Of a DNA stretch of 64,000 bases, positions 1 through 9,360 are shown in pieces. The stretch is taken from contig JBIJBF010000003.1 in assembly GCA_044345375.1 (NCBI GenBank), positions 18,089 through 82,088 of the forward strand. The letters run 5' to 3'. How positions within the stretch are numbered: position 1 is the stretch's first letter; each line of letters starts with the position of its first letter. The notes under the pieces are model-generated. The model saw nothing but the letters and a program-made list of their open reading frames with translations, did not search any database and had not been told where the DNA came from. A program made the translations under genes and the position numbers. This DNA is from Alphaproteobacteria bacterium. Lineage in GTDB: Bacteria > Pseudomonadota > Alphaproteobacteria > CAISOG01.

Positions 1-71
1 GCATATAAAATAAAAATTGTGTTTTGTTTCTTGTGGTTAGGGTCTTTGCCGTGTCTCCATTATCTGCAGAT

Positions 72-773
72 ATGAATCCCCAACATGTGGCCATTATTAT
101 GGATGGCAATGGCCGTTGGGCCAAGGCGCGTGGCCTGCCGCGCACGGCGGGGCATCGTCAGGGGGTTGAGGCGGTGCGGCGCACGGTTAAGGCCGCCATC
201 CACCACGGCATTCCCTTTATCACCCTGTTCGGTTTTTCGTCGGAGAATTGGTCGCGGCCACAGATGGAGGTGACCTTTTTGGTAGCGATGTTGCGCCGCT
301 ATTTGCGGGCTGAGGCGGCTGAGCTGCATCGCCAGGGGGTGCGCCTGCGCATTATTGGTGAGCGTGACCGCTTTCCCAAAGATATTGTCGCCCTGATGAC
401 CAGTGTTGAGCAGCAAACCGCGGGCAACAGCCGCCTGAACCTGACCCTGGCGCTGTCCTATGGCGGTCGCCAAGATGTGGTGCAGGCGGTGAAACAAATG
501 GTCTGTTTGGTGCAACGCGGCGAGCTGCAGTTGGATGCGATTGACACCACCAGTTTTGGCGGCTTCTTAAGCACCCACGATCTGCCCGACCCCGATCTGA
601 TCGTGCGCACCAGCGGCGAAATGCGGGTCAGCAATTTTCTGCTGTGGCAGATGGCCTATGCCGAAATGGTGTTCAGCGACGTGCTGTGGCCCGATTTTGC
701 TGAGCAGGATTTTGCGGCGGCGATCGCCAGCTATGGCAAACGCGAGCGACGTTTCGGCGCGGTGGTGGGATGA
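72..773 (+). CDS. uppS: Undecaprenyl-diphosphate synthase (isoprenyl transferase)
   Basis: The translation shows MNPQHVAIIMDGNGRWA and FGFSSENWSRP, the hallmarks of cis-prenyltransferases. I prefer the ATG at 72 over the upstream ORF start at 24. Position ahead of cdsA matches the conserved uppS-cdsA neighbourhood. Confidence 0.9.
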   Translation: MNPQHVAIIMDGNGRWAKARGLPRTAGHRQGVEAVRRTVKAAIHHGIPFITLFGFSSENWSRPQMEVTFLVAMLRRYLRAEAAELHRQGVRLRIIGERDRFPKDIVALMTSVEQQTAGNSRLNLTLALSYGGRQDVVQAVKQMVCLVQRGELQLDAIDTTSFGGFLSTHDLPDPDLIVRTSGEMRVSNFLLWQMAYAEMVFSDVLWPDFAEQDFAAAIASYGKRERRFGAVVG

Positions 774-1492
774 TCGCTGCGGGGAAATTTCAGGATTTGG
801 GGAAAAGGACGCTGACCGCGGTGCTGCTGCTGGCGGCGTTGGCGGGTTTGTTGGAGCTGGGAGGAAGATGGCTGCTGGCGGCGCATTGGCTGGTGGTATT
901 TCCCCTGATGTTGTGGGAAACCGTGGCGCTGACCCGCCGTTGGTGGCCGGGCCGCCGGGTCGCTCACCGCGTTGCGATGGTGGGGGTGCTAAGCCTGGTG
1001 CTGGGTAGTTATTTTGGCGCGGTGACTTGGTTTTTGTGGGATGCGGGTGATGGCGCGGGGTTGTATCTTGTGTTGGTGTTGTTTATCGCCATCATCGATA
1101 TGCTTGCCTATTTTGGCGGGCGCCTGATCGGTGGTCGCAAATTGGCGCCGTCCATCAGCCCGGGAAAAACCGTTAGCGGCGCTCTTGTCGCGGTGCTTGG
1201 CTTCGGCGGGATGATGGTTGTTTTGGGTGCGTGGGCAAGCTCCTCGACCAATGCACCTGTTTGGGATGGGCTGTTGATCGGTGTGTTCGGGATCCTACTG
1301 GCCGTTTTGGCGCAGGCTGGGGATTTGCTGGAATCCTATTTCAAAAGGCTTTGCGGGGTTAAAGATAGCGGCCGCTTGCTACTGGGGCATGGCGGGGTGC
1401 TGGACAGGCTGGATGGCCATTTGCTGGTGATGCCCGCGGTGTGCGCCTTCATGATTTGGATGAGTTTGCATTGGCAATGGGCCCAAGAATGA
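770..1492 (+). CDS. cdsA: Phosphatidate cytidylyltransferase
   Basis: Multi-pass membrane protein with a CTP-transferase-like C-terminus (GKTVSGA...DSGRLLLGHGGVLDRLD). ATGA overlap with uppS. Expected neighbour of uppS. Confidence 0.8.
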   Translation: MIAAGKFQDLGKRTLTAVLLLAALAGLLELGGRWLLAAHWLVVFPLMLWETVALTRRWWPGRRVAHRVAMVGVLSLVLGSYFGAVTWFLWDAGDGAGLYLVLVLFIAIIDMLAYFGGRLIGGRKLAPSISPGKTVSGALVAVLGFGGMMVVLGAWASSSTNAPVWDGLLIGVFGILLAVLAQAGDLLESYFKRLCGVKDSGRLLLGHGGVLDRLDGHLLVMPAVCAFMIWMSLHWQWAQE

Positions 1493-2679
1493 CCAAAACC
1501 CTTTCCATCTTTGGCGCAACCGGCACGGTGGGGCGCAAGGCGGCGCAGGTGGTGGCGGCTGATCCATCAGCCTTCTGTGTTGAGGTGTTGACGGCGGCGC
1601 AGGATGTGGCGGGGCTGGTGGGGTTGGGCGGCGAGCTGCAGGCGGCGCATCTGGTGCTAAGCGATGCCGGCCGCTATCAGGAGTTGCGCGACGCGGTTCA
1701 TGCGGCTGGGTTGAACTGCAGCGTGGCGGCGGGGGGTGATGCGATGTTGGAGGCGGCGGCGCGCCCGGTGGATTGCGCGGTGTCGGCGGTGGTTGGCTTG
1801 GCCGGCCTGCCCACCACTTTAGCGCTGGCGGCGCATGCCAAGGTGCTGGCGGTGGCCAACAAGGAAAGCGTGGTGTGCGGTTGGCCGCTGCTGCGCGAGC
1901 AGGCGGCGCGATGCCAGACCCAACTGATCCCGCTGGACTCTGAGCACAACAGCCTGTTTCAATTGCTGGAACATCTGCCCAAAACGATGTGGAGCGGGGT
2001 GACGATCACGGCCTCAGGCGGGCCCTTTCGCGGGATGGATCGCCAAGCCCTGGCCAGGGTCACGCCAGCGCAGGCGCTGCGCCACCCGATTTGGCGGATG
2101 GGCAGCAAGATCAGCGTCGATTCCGCCACCCTGGCCAACAAGGGGCTGGAGGTGATGGAGGCGGCGTGCCTGTTTGCTCTCTCCGCCGATCAAATTCAGG
2201 TGCTGGTGCATCCGCAGGCGCAGGTGCACGCGATGGTTCGGCTGCGCAACGGCAGCCGCCTTAGCCTTAGCAGCCCACCCGACATGCTGTACCCCATGCA
2301 GCAGGCGTTGTATTGGCCGCAGCCGTTTCAGGCACCCGCCGCGCAGGGCGATTGGTGCCCTGAGGGTGTGTGGGAATTTTTGCCGGTGGATGATTCTGCC
2401 TTTCCCGCGGTCAGGCTGGCCTATCAGGCCTTGCGGGCGGGTCAGGGGGCGATGGTGGCCTATAACGTGGCGAATGAGGTGGCGGTGGCGGCGTTTTTGC
2501 AGGGGCAGCTGAGCTTTTTGGGGATTAGCCAGATGATTGAGGCGGCGATGGAAATGGCGCTCGCGGATTTTCCCCTTGCAAGCTTGGCCAGCCTGCACGA
2601 TATTCAAGAATATGATCAATGGTTGCGGCAAAGGCTTGGCGGTTCGTTGCAGCCCACGTTAACCGCCTTAACCGGATAG
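1489..2679 (+). CDS. dxr: 1-deoxy-D-xylulose 5-phosphate reductoisomerase
   Basis: N-terminal MTKTLSIFGATGTVG Rossmann motif and Dxr-typical downstream motifs (LANKESVV, PLDSEHNSLFQ, SGGPFR). Start chosen at the ATG at 1489, which overlaps the cdsA stop. Confidence 0.9.
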   Translation: MTKTLSIFGATGTVGRKAAQVVAADPSAFCVEVLTAAQDVAGLVGLGGELQAAHLVLSDAGRYQELRDAVHAAGLNCSVAAGGDAMLEAAARPVDCAVSAVVGLAGLPTTLALAAHAKVLAVANKESVVCGWPLLREQAARCQTQLIPLDSEHNSLFQLLEHLPKTMWSGVTITASGGPFRGMDRQALARVTPAQALRHPIWRMGSKISVDSATLANKGLEVMEAACLFALSADQIQVLVHPQAQVHAMVRLRNGSRLSLSSPPDMLYPMQQALYWPQPFQAPAAQGDWCPEGVWEFLPVDDSAFPAVRLAYQALRAGQGAMVAYNVANEVAVAAFLQGQLSFLGISQMIEAAMEMALADFPLASLASLHDIQEYDQWLRQRLGGSLQPTLTALTG

Positions 2680-2701
2680 TTTTTTTAGAGGCATTTCCAA
2701 T

Positions 2702-3844
2702 ATGTTTGAAGCATTTTTGTCGGTTTGGCAGTTCGTTGAACACTATGTGCTGCCCTTTATCGGCATTATCACGGTGTTGGTGTTTGTGCATGAATTTGGC
2801 CATTTTTGGGTGGCGCGGCTTTGTGGGGTGCGGGTTGAGACCTTTTCGATTGGCTTTGGCCGCGAAATTTTTGGCTGGAACGATCGCCACCAAACCCGCT
2901 GGAAATTCTCCATGCTGCCCTTTGGCGGCTATGTCAAAATGTTTGGCGACAGCTCAGCCAGCAGCAGCCCTGACAGCCAGTTGTTGGCGGGGATGAGCAA
3001 GGAGGATTTGGCGGTTTCCTTTCATGGCAAAAAACTGTGGCAAAAATCGCTGATCGTGTTCGCGGGGCCGGCCTTTAACTTTATCTTTGCCTGGGTGGTG
3101 CTGACCCTGATGCTGATTTTCATCGGTCAGGTGGTCACCAAGCCCTTGGTGAGTGAGGTGGTGGCCGGTTCGGCGGCGGAACAGGCGGGCATTCAGGTGG
3201 GTGATGAGATTCTCAAGCTTAACGGCCGCCGCCTGCTGCGCTTCCAGGATTTGCAGCGTGAGGTGCAGGTGGGGCTGGATGCGCCGGTTGAGCTGGAATA
3301 TCGCCGCGGAAGCGAGATTTTGGTAAAAACCGTGACCCCCCAATTAAGTGAGCTGGAAGACAATTTTGGCAACAAACAAAAGATTGGTTTGCTGGGTTTG
3401 CGCGCCAATGCGGTGGATGTGGTGCCGATTGCGGCGGCGGATGCGCCATCCCAGGCTGCCTATGAGATTTACCGCCTGTCGGCCAACACCCTGACCGCGA
3501 TTGGTCAGATTATTCGCGGCAGCCGATCGGCCAAGGATTTGGGCGGGCCGCTGCGCATCGCCCAGATGTCGGGGGATTACGCGACCGTCAGCCTAGATCA
3601 GCTGCTGTATTTCCTGGTGCTGCTGTCGTGCAATTTGGGGCTGATCAACCTGTTCCCGCTGCCAGGCTTAGACGGCGGTCATTTGCTGTTTTATATCGTT
3701 GAGGCGGTTCGGGGCAGGGCGATGGCGCTAAAGGTTCAGGAGTACAGCATGATGGTGGGGATGGGGCTGATTATCTGCCTGATGCTTTTTGTGACCTATA
3801 ACGATCTGCGGATGTTTAAAATTCTTGATTTCGTTGGTCTTTAG
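2702..3844 (+). CDS. rseP: RIP zinc metalloprotease RseP (site-2 protease, PDZ domain)
   Basis: HEFGHFWVARLCGV zincin motif near the N-terminus, a central PDZ-like region and a C-terminal LDGGHLLF motif. Conserved position ahead of bamA. Confidence 0.85.
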   Translation: MFEAFLSVWQFVEHYVLPFIGIITVLVFVHEFGHFWVARLCGVRVETFSIGFGREIFGWNDRHQTRWKFSMLPFGGYVKMFGDSSASSSPDSQLLAGMSKEDLAVSFHGKKLWQKSLIVFAGPAFNFIFAWVVLTLMLIFIGQVVTKPLVSEVVAGSAAEQAGIQVGDEILKLNGRRLLRFQDLQREVQVGLDAPVELEYRRGSEILVKTVTPQLSELEDNFGNKQKIGLLGLRANAVDVVPIAAADAPSQAAYEIYRLSANTLTAIGQIIRGSRSAKDLGGPLRIAQMSGDYATVSLDQLLYFLVLLSCNLGLINLFPLPGLDGGHLLFYIVEAVRGRAMALKVQEYSMMVGMGLIICLMLFVTYNDLRMFKILDFVGL

Positions 3845-3860
3845 GCGTTAGGTTGGCTCC

Positions 3861-6155
3861 ATGAAAGCTTTTTCTCTCTTCCGCGTCCTGCTGCCTGTGG
3901 CGCTGTATTTTTCTCTGCTTGCGCCGCTTTATGCCGCGGATGGCGATGCGCCGCAGGCTTTGCGCACGGTGCAGGTCAGCGGCAATGAGCGGGTGGAATC
4001 GGCCACCATCACCACCTATGTCGCGATCAAGCCTGGTGATATCTATGATCCCGTGAAAGCCGACGAAAGCGTGAAAAATCTTTACGCGACCGGCCTGTTC
4101 AGCGATGTGTCGATCCGTCAGAACGCGGATGCGTTGTTCATTGTGGTGCGTGAAAATCCCTTGGTCAATCAGGTGGTGTTTGAGGGCAACAAGAGCCTGA
4201 GCACCGAAAGCCTGCAAAAGGAAATCTCCCTGAAACCCCGTGGGGTGTTTACCCCCGCGCAGGCGCAGGCGGATGCACAGCGGCTGGGTCAATTGTATAT
4301 TCGTGATGGCCGTTACGCCGCCAAAATTGTGCCCAAAACCATCGCCAAAGATCAAAACCGGGTGGATGTGGTGTTTGAGGTGGATGAGGGCAAGCCAACC
4401 TATATCCAAACCATTCAGTTCTCAGGCAACAAGGTTTTCAGCAACAGCACCTTGAAGGAGGTGGTGATGAGCCGGGAAACGGCCTGGTACCGCTTTTTGT
4501 CCACCAGCGACAGCTATGACCCCAACCGCTTGAGCTATGATCAGGAGTTGCTGACCAAATTTTATCAGCAGAATGGCTATGCGGCGGTTACCGTTGGCGC
4601 GCCGATTGCTGAGCTGACGCCAGCGCAGGATGGCTTTTTGGTAACCTTTCCGTTGGTTGAGGGGCCGCGCTATCAATTCGGCAAGATTGATTTGCAGCTG
4701 GCGATCCCTGAGGTGTCGGCGGATCAGCTGCGCCCCCTGATCAAGCTGAACAGCGGCGATTGGTACAACGCGAAGGATGTGGATGCGGTGGTGGTGGCGA
4801 TTGGCGACAAATTGGGCAGCCTTGGTTACGCGCTGGCCGATGTGGAGCCGCAGACTGAGCTGGATCCGGTGAAGCTGACGGTGGCGTTGAATTTCGTGGT
4901 AAAGCCATCGCCCAAGGTTTTTGTGGAATCGATCACCGTGCGGGGCAATACCCGCACCTCGGATGAGGTGGTGCGCCGCGAATTTCGTCTGGCGGAGGGC
5001 GACGCCTTTAACACCGCCAAATTGAAACGGTCGCGCGAACGGGTGAAAAACCTGAACTTCTTTGAAAAGGTGGATGTCAACACCCTGCCCGGCAGCGCGC
5101 CAGATCGCGCCAAAATTGAGGTGGATGTTGCCGAAAAATCCACCGGTTCGATCAATTTGGGGGCAGGCTACTCCACCTCTGAACAGCTATTGGCCAATTT
5201 TAGCGTGGGCGAGAAAAATCTGTTGGGGGAGGGCAAGGATTTGCGTTTGGCCACCCAGCTGTCGACCAAACGCCAGGAATACAATCTTAGCTACACCGAG
5301 CCGTATTTCTTGGATCGCAACATGACCGGCGGCTTTGACCTGTTCCGCACCACCAGCGATTACCGTCAGGAAAGCTCGTACAAGGAAACCCAGACGGGCT
5401 TGGGCCTGCGCACCAGTTATGAAATCGACGAACGCTGGTCGCAGCAGTTGCGCTACCGTGTTTCGCAAAGCGAAGTGCGTGACGTTACCGATACCGCGTC
5501 GCTGTATATCCAAGATTTAAAGGGCACCTATATCACCTCAGAGGTCGGTCAATCGCTGTTGTATGACCGTCGGGATAACCGTATTCAGCCAACCAGCGGC
5601 TATTTTGCCAAGCTAAGCAACGACTTGGCGGGGGTTGGCGGCAATGTCAACTACCTGCGCAACAAGCTTGAGGCGACCGACTATCAGCAAATCACCGATG
5701 GGGTGGTGCTGGCGATCGGGGCTGAGGGGGGGGCAATTTTTGGCTTGGATGGTGATGTGCGCATTCCTGACCGCTTTTTCCTAGGTGGCCAAAGCTTTCC
5801 TGGCTTTCGTTCCGCCGGTTTGGGCCCAAGAGATACGGGCAGTGATAACGGCTTGAACGAGGCACTTGGCGGCAACTACTACTATTTGGGGCGCAGCGAT
5901 CTGGGCTTTCCGTTGGGCTTGCCCAGCGATTTTGATCTGCGCGGGCATTTGTTTGGGGTGGCAGGAACCCTGACCAGCGTGGATGAAAAAAGCGCGACCA
6001 TTCGCGATGATGGCTCTTTACGAGCATCGGTTGGGATTGGTATAGCTTGGGAATCGCCCTTTGGTCCGATCCGTGTGGATTATGCCAAGGCGTTGGTCAA
6101 AGAAAATTTTGACCGCACCGAAAATTTCTTATTTAACTTTGGAACGCAATTTTAA
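3861..6155 (+). CDS. bamA: Outer membrane protein assembly factor BamA
   Basis: 764 aa with a signal peptide and POTRA-like repeats, ending in the FNFGTQF aromatic C-terminus typical of Omp85. Conserved rseP-bamA-skp order. Confidence 0.9.
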   Translation: MKAFSLFRVLLPVALYFSLLAPLYAADGDAPQALRTVQVSGNERVESATITTYVAIKPGDIYDPVKADESVKNLYATGLFSDVSIRQNADALFIVVRENPLVNQVVFEGNKSLSTESLQKEISLKPRGVFTPAQAQADAQRLGQLYIRDGRYAAKIVPKTIAKDQNRVDVVFEVDEGKPTYIQTIQFSGNKVFSNSTLKEVVMSRETAWYRFLSTSDSYDPNRLSYDQELLTKFYQQNGYAAVTVGAPIAELTPAQDGFLVTFPLVEGPRYQFGKIDLQLAIPEVSADQLRPLIKLNSGDWYNAKDVDAVVVAIGDKLGSLGYALADVEPQTELDPVKLTVALNFVVKPSPKVFVESITVRGNTRTSDEVVRREFRLAEGDAFNTAKLKRSRERVKNLNFFEKVDVNTLPGSAPDRAKIEVDVAEKSTGSINLGAGYSTSEQLLANFSVGEKNLLGEGKDLRLATQLSTKRQEYNLSYTEPYFLDRNMTGGFDLFRTTSDYRQESSYKETQTGLGLRTSYEIDERWSQQLRYRVSQSEVRDVTDTASLYIQDLKGTYITSEVGQSLLYDRRDNRIQPTSGYFAKLSNDLAGVGGNVNYLRNKLEATDYQQITDGVVLAIGAEGGAIFGLDGDVRIPDRFFLGGQSFPGFRSAGLGPRDTGSDNGLNEALGGNYYYLGRSDLGFPLGLPSDFDLRGHLFGVAGTLTSVDEKSATIRDDGSLRASVGIGIAWESPFGPIRVDYAKALVKENFDRTENFLFNFGTQF

Positions 6156-6769
6156 TGAAAAAACTTTTCTTCTTTCTGGCCGCCATTCTGGCGCTGCAGG
6201 CTGCAACTCTATCGGCGTGGGCTGAGGACACTTCATCTTCTGCCAGCGCCGCTGCGTCTGGTCAACATGCCCTAAAATTGGCGGTGGTGGATGTGCAGGA
6301 GGTGTTGCGAGCCTCTAAGGCTGCGACCAAGTGGCGTGAGCAGTTGGAGGCGCAAAAAACGGCTCTGCAGAAAGACCTGTCGAAGGAGGAGTCTGGCTTA
6401 AGGGATCAGGAGCAGGAACTGGCCGGCAAGCGCAGCGTGCTAAAGGCTGAGGCTTTTGAGCAAAAGCGCAAGGAATTTCAGGAGAAAGTTGCCGCTTTCC
6501 AGAAAAAGGTTCAGGACAAAAGCCGCGATTTGGATCAAAAATTTGCCAATGGCAACAACCAGGTGCGCAAAGCCATGCTGGAATCCGTGGCCGAAATCTC
6601 TGAGAAAAACGGATTTTCGATGGTGTTTTCCAGGGCTGACCTGCTGATTTTTGACAAAACCTTGGATGTCACCGATCAGGTGGTTAAGGCGATCGATCAA
6701 AAGCTGCCTGAAATTAAGCCAGAAAGCACGACGACAGCGGCTCCTGCATCCGCGCCTGCTAAGAAATAG
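6155..6769 (+). CDS. skp: OmpH/Skp family periplasmic chaperone
   Basis: Signal peptide followed by a long coiled-coil rich in K/E/Q. Located directly after bamA. Confidence 0.75.
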   Translation: MKKLFFFLAAILALQAATLSAWAEDTSSSASAAASGQHALKLAVVDVQEVLRASKAATKWREQLEAQKTALQKDLSKEESGLRDQEQELAGKRSVLKAEAFEQKRKEFQEKVAAFQKKVQDKSRDLDQKFANGNNQVRKAMLESVAEISEKNGFSMVFSRADLLIFDKTLDVTDQVVKAIDQKLPEIKPESTTTAAPASAPAKK

Positions 6770-6775
6770 GGTTGA

Positions 6776-7834
6776 TTGATGGCAGATCCGCGCTTTTTTG
6801 AACGCCGCGGGGGTCCAAGCGGGGGGCAAAGGCTGGCGCAGCTTTGTGCCGACTTGCCGGTGGATTTGCCAGCCGATCAGGGCGACCTGCTGATTGAGGA
6901 TGTCGCGCCCTTGGATCAGGCCAGATCAGGAACACTGACGTTTTTCGACAACATTGCCTATCGCCCCCAATTGGCCAGCACGCAGGCCTCAGCCTGTTTG
7001 CTGACCGCAGAATATGCATCAGAGCTGGCGGCCGGTGTGGTGCCGTTGATCACGCCACAGCCCTATTGGGTGTACGCGATGATCGCCGCGCGCCTGTATC
7101 CTGAGCCTGTAGCTGGTATGAGCGCTGTTCATCCAACCGCGCTGATCGATCCCACCGCCGAACTTGGACAAAATTGCGTGATCGGCGCCTATACGGTGGT
7201 GGCGGCAGGGGTCAAGTTGGGGGATGGGGTGCGCCTGGGCAACCATGTGGTGATCGGGCAGGGCGTTGTGATCGGCGATGATTGCTGGCTTGAGGATGGG
7301 GTGGTGGTTAGCCACAGCGTGATCGGCCACTCCGTCAAGATCTACCGCGGCGCCAAGCTGGGGCAGCCTGGCTTTGGCTACGCCTTTCATCAGGGGAATT
7401 TTACGCCGGTGCCGCAATTGGGGCGGGTGTGGGTGGGGGATCGGGTAGAAATCGGCGCCAACACCACCATCGATCGCGGCAGTGGCCCCGACACGGTGAT
7501 TGGGGAGGGTTGCATCATTGATAATCTTGTGCAAATCGGTCATAACGTAGTGGTTGGCCGTGGATGTGTGCTGGTTGCTCAGGTTGGTATTGCCGGCAGC
7601 ACCAAATTGGGGGATTTTGTGCAGATCGGCGGGCAAGCTGGTTTGGTTGGGCATTTGTCGATCGGGGCAGGCGCAAAAATTGCCGCACAAAGTGGTGTGA
7701 CACGCGATGTCCCTGCTGGTATGGTGATGGGCGGCAGTCCAGCGGTTGAGATGCGGTTGTTTGGTCGCCAGGCGATTGCATTGGCCAAGCTAGCTGGCCG
7801 TAAGGCTGCAGAAAAAGGCAAGAACGAAGGGTAA
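6776..7834 (+). CDS. lpxD: UDP-3-O-acylglucosamine N-acyltransferase
   Basis: 352 aa with left-handed beta-helix hexapeptide repeats (GxxVxIG series) and the expected position between skp and fabZ. Confidence 0.85.
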   Translation: MMADPRFFERRGGPSGGQRLAQLCADLPVDLPADQGDLLIEDVAPLDQARSGTLTFFDNIAYRPQLASTQASACLLTAEYASELAAGVVPLITPQPYWVYAMIAARLYPEPVAGMSAVHPTALIDPTAELGQNCVIGAYTVVAAGVKLGDGVRLGNHVVIGQGVVIGDDCWLEDGVVVSHSVIGHSVKIYRGAKLGQPGFGYAFHQGNFTPVPQLGRVWVGDRVEIGANTTIDRGSGPDTVIGEGCIIDNLVQIGHNVVVGRGCVLVAQVGIAGSTKLGDFVQIGGQAGLVGHLSIGAGAKIAAQSGVTRDVPAGMVMGGSPAVEMRLFGRQAIALAKLAGRKAAEKGKNEG

Positions 7835-7844
7835 GGAAGAGATC

Positions 7845-8387
7845 ATGACAACAGCACAAGTCGTTGCAACAGCGCAATCATTGGCCGTAGCGGCACCAGA
7901 GCAGGAAGCAAGTGTAACGCAAGCCGCACTGGCACCAACAATGGAAGGTGACCGTTGCGACATCATCAAAATTATGGAGATGATTCCCCACCGCTACCCG
8001 TTGTTGATGATCGATCGGGTGCAGGCGATCAAGCCGCATGAGAGCGCGTTGGGGATCAAAAACGTTACGATTAACGAGCCGTATTTCAGTGGCCATTTTC
8101 CCAAAATGCCGGTGATGCCTGGCGTGCTGATCATCGAATCGATGGCGCAAACCGCCGCCGTTTTGGTGGTCTACAGCTTGGGCAAGGAGTTTGAAGGGAA
8201 ATTGGTGTATTTCATGTCGGTTGAGGATGCCAAATTCCGCCGGCCGGTGATGCCTGGCGCGCAGTTGGAGCTGCAGGTGCAAAAACTGCGCAGCCGCGGC
8301 AATGTCTGGAAATTCACCGGCGTTGCGCGGGTTGATGGGGTGGTGGTGGCTGAGGCCACCTATTCCGCCATGATTGTGGATTCGTAA
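7845..8387 (+). CDS. fabZ: 3-hydroxyacyl-ACP dehydratase FabZ (start uncertain; ATG at 7941 is an alternative)
   Basis: Hot-dog fold motifs: IMEMIPHRYPLLMIDRV, HFPKMPVMPGVLIIESMAQ. The first 32 codons of the ORF may be a spurious N-terminal extension. Confidence 0.85.
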   Translation: MTTAQVVATAQSLAVAAPEQEASVTQAALAPTMEGDRCDIIKIMEMIPHRYPLLMIDRVQAIKPHESALGIKNVTINEPYFSGHFPKMPVMPGVLIIESMAQTAAVLVVYSLGKEFEGKLVYFMSVEDAKFRRPVMPGAQLELQVQKLRSRGNVWKFTGVARVDGVVVAEATYSAMIVDS

Positions 8388-8407
8388 AACTTAAAGCTTA
8401 AGGCGTA

Positions 8408-9247
8408 TTGATTTTGCTGCAAAATATTCATCCCACCGCTATCGTCGATCCTGCCGCCAAGCTGGGCGCCAATGTAAAAATCGGCCCCTATTGTATGGTG
8501 GGGGCGGATGTGGTGTTGGGCGATGATTGCGAGCTGAAAAGCCATGTTTCGGTGGATGGCGCGACCACCCTGGGGGCTGGCTGCACGGTGTTTCCCTTTG
8601 CTTCCCTAGGCCAACCGCCGCAGGATTTGAAATACCGCGGCGAAAAATCACGGCTGGAAATTGGCGCGCGGGTGAATATCCGTGAATATGTTACGATTAA
8701 CACCGGCACCGCAGGCGGCGGCCTGCTGACCCAGGTGGGCGATGATTGCCTGCTGATGGTGGGGGTGCATATCGCCCATGACTGCATCGTGGGCAACCGC
8801 GTGGTGATGGCCAACAACGCGACCCTGGCCGGCCATGTCACCGTGGGCGATGATGCGATTATTGGCGGCTTATCCGCGGTGCATCAACATGTGCGGGTTG
8901 GCGCCAACGCGATGATCGGCGGCCTTACCGGTGTTGAACATGACGTGATTCCCTATGGCCTGGTGATGGGGGAGCGGGGGCATCTGCAGGGGCTGAATTT
9001 TGTGGGCCTAAAACGCCACAATTACTCGCGGGAGGAGATGGCGGCCTTGCGCAGCGTTTACGACAAGTTGTTTGACGGCAACGGCACCGTGCAGCAAAAG
9101 CTGGAACATCTGCAAACCGGCGTTGAGCAAAGCCCGGCGGTGCTCAAGCTGTTGGATTTTATCAGCGCGGAATCCACCCGATCCCTTTGCATGCCCAAAT
9201 CGGTCAATGGGCGCAACGCGGCGGCATCATCCAGTGTGGCTGCCTGA
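8408..9247 (+). CDS. lpxA: Acyl-ACP--UDP-GlcNAc O-acyltransferase
   Basis: TTG start with IHPTAIVDPAAKLG, hexapeptide repeats and an LpxA-type C-terminal helical domain. Follows fabZ; no lpxB follows it. Confidence 0.85.
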   Translation: MILLQNIHPTAIVDPAAKLGANVKIGPYCMVGADVVLGDDCELKSHVSVDGATTLGAGCTVFPFASLGQPPQDLKYRGEKSRLEIGARVNIREYVTINTGTAGGGLLTQVGDDCLLMVGVHIAHDCIVGNRVVMANNATLAGHVTVGDDAIIGGLSAVHQHVRVGANAMIGGLTGVEHDVIPYGLVMGERGHLQGLNFVGLKRHNYSREEMAALRSVYDKLFDGNGTVQQKLEHLQTGVEQSPAVLKLLDFISAESTRSLCMPKSVNGRNAAASSSVAA

Positions 9248-9300
9248 TAGCGGAGTAGAATTGTCATCCTTCTAATTCCCCTGCTATATCTGCCGCTAAG

Positions 9301-9350
9301 AACCACCCCGTCAGGCTTCGCCTGCCACCCCTCTGCAAGAGGGGAATTTT
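9301..9350 (+). repeat. REP-like palindromic intergenic element, copy 1
   Basis: accaccccgtcaggcttcgcctgccacccctctgcaagaggggaatttt contains two short hairpins (caggc-ttc-gcctg and cccctc...gagggg). Near-identical copies occur at 13087, 29357, 29536 and 47632. Confidence 0.8.
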
Positions 9351-9360
9351 ACGGCGTTCG

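Noticed and set aside
2014-2631. 205-aa minus-strand ORF inside dxr, and similar antisense ORFs inside carA (24231-25124), nuoM (53695-54459), glnA (47981-49000) and der (59946-60734)
   Set aside because: All are antisense to strongly motif-supported genes and are His/Arg/Gln/Pro-rich, which is characteristic of GC-rich shadow frames.
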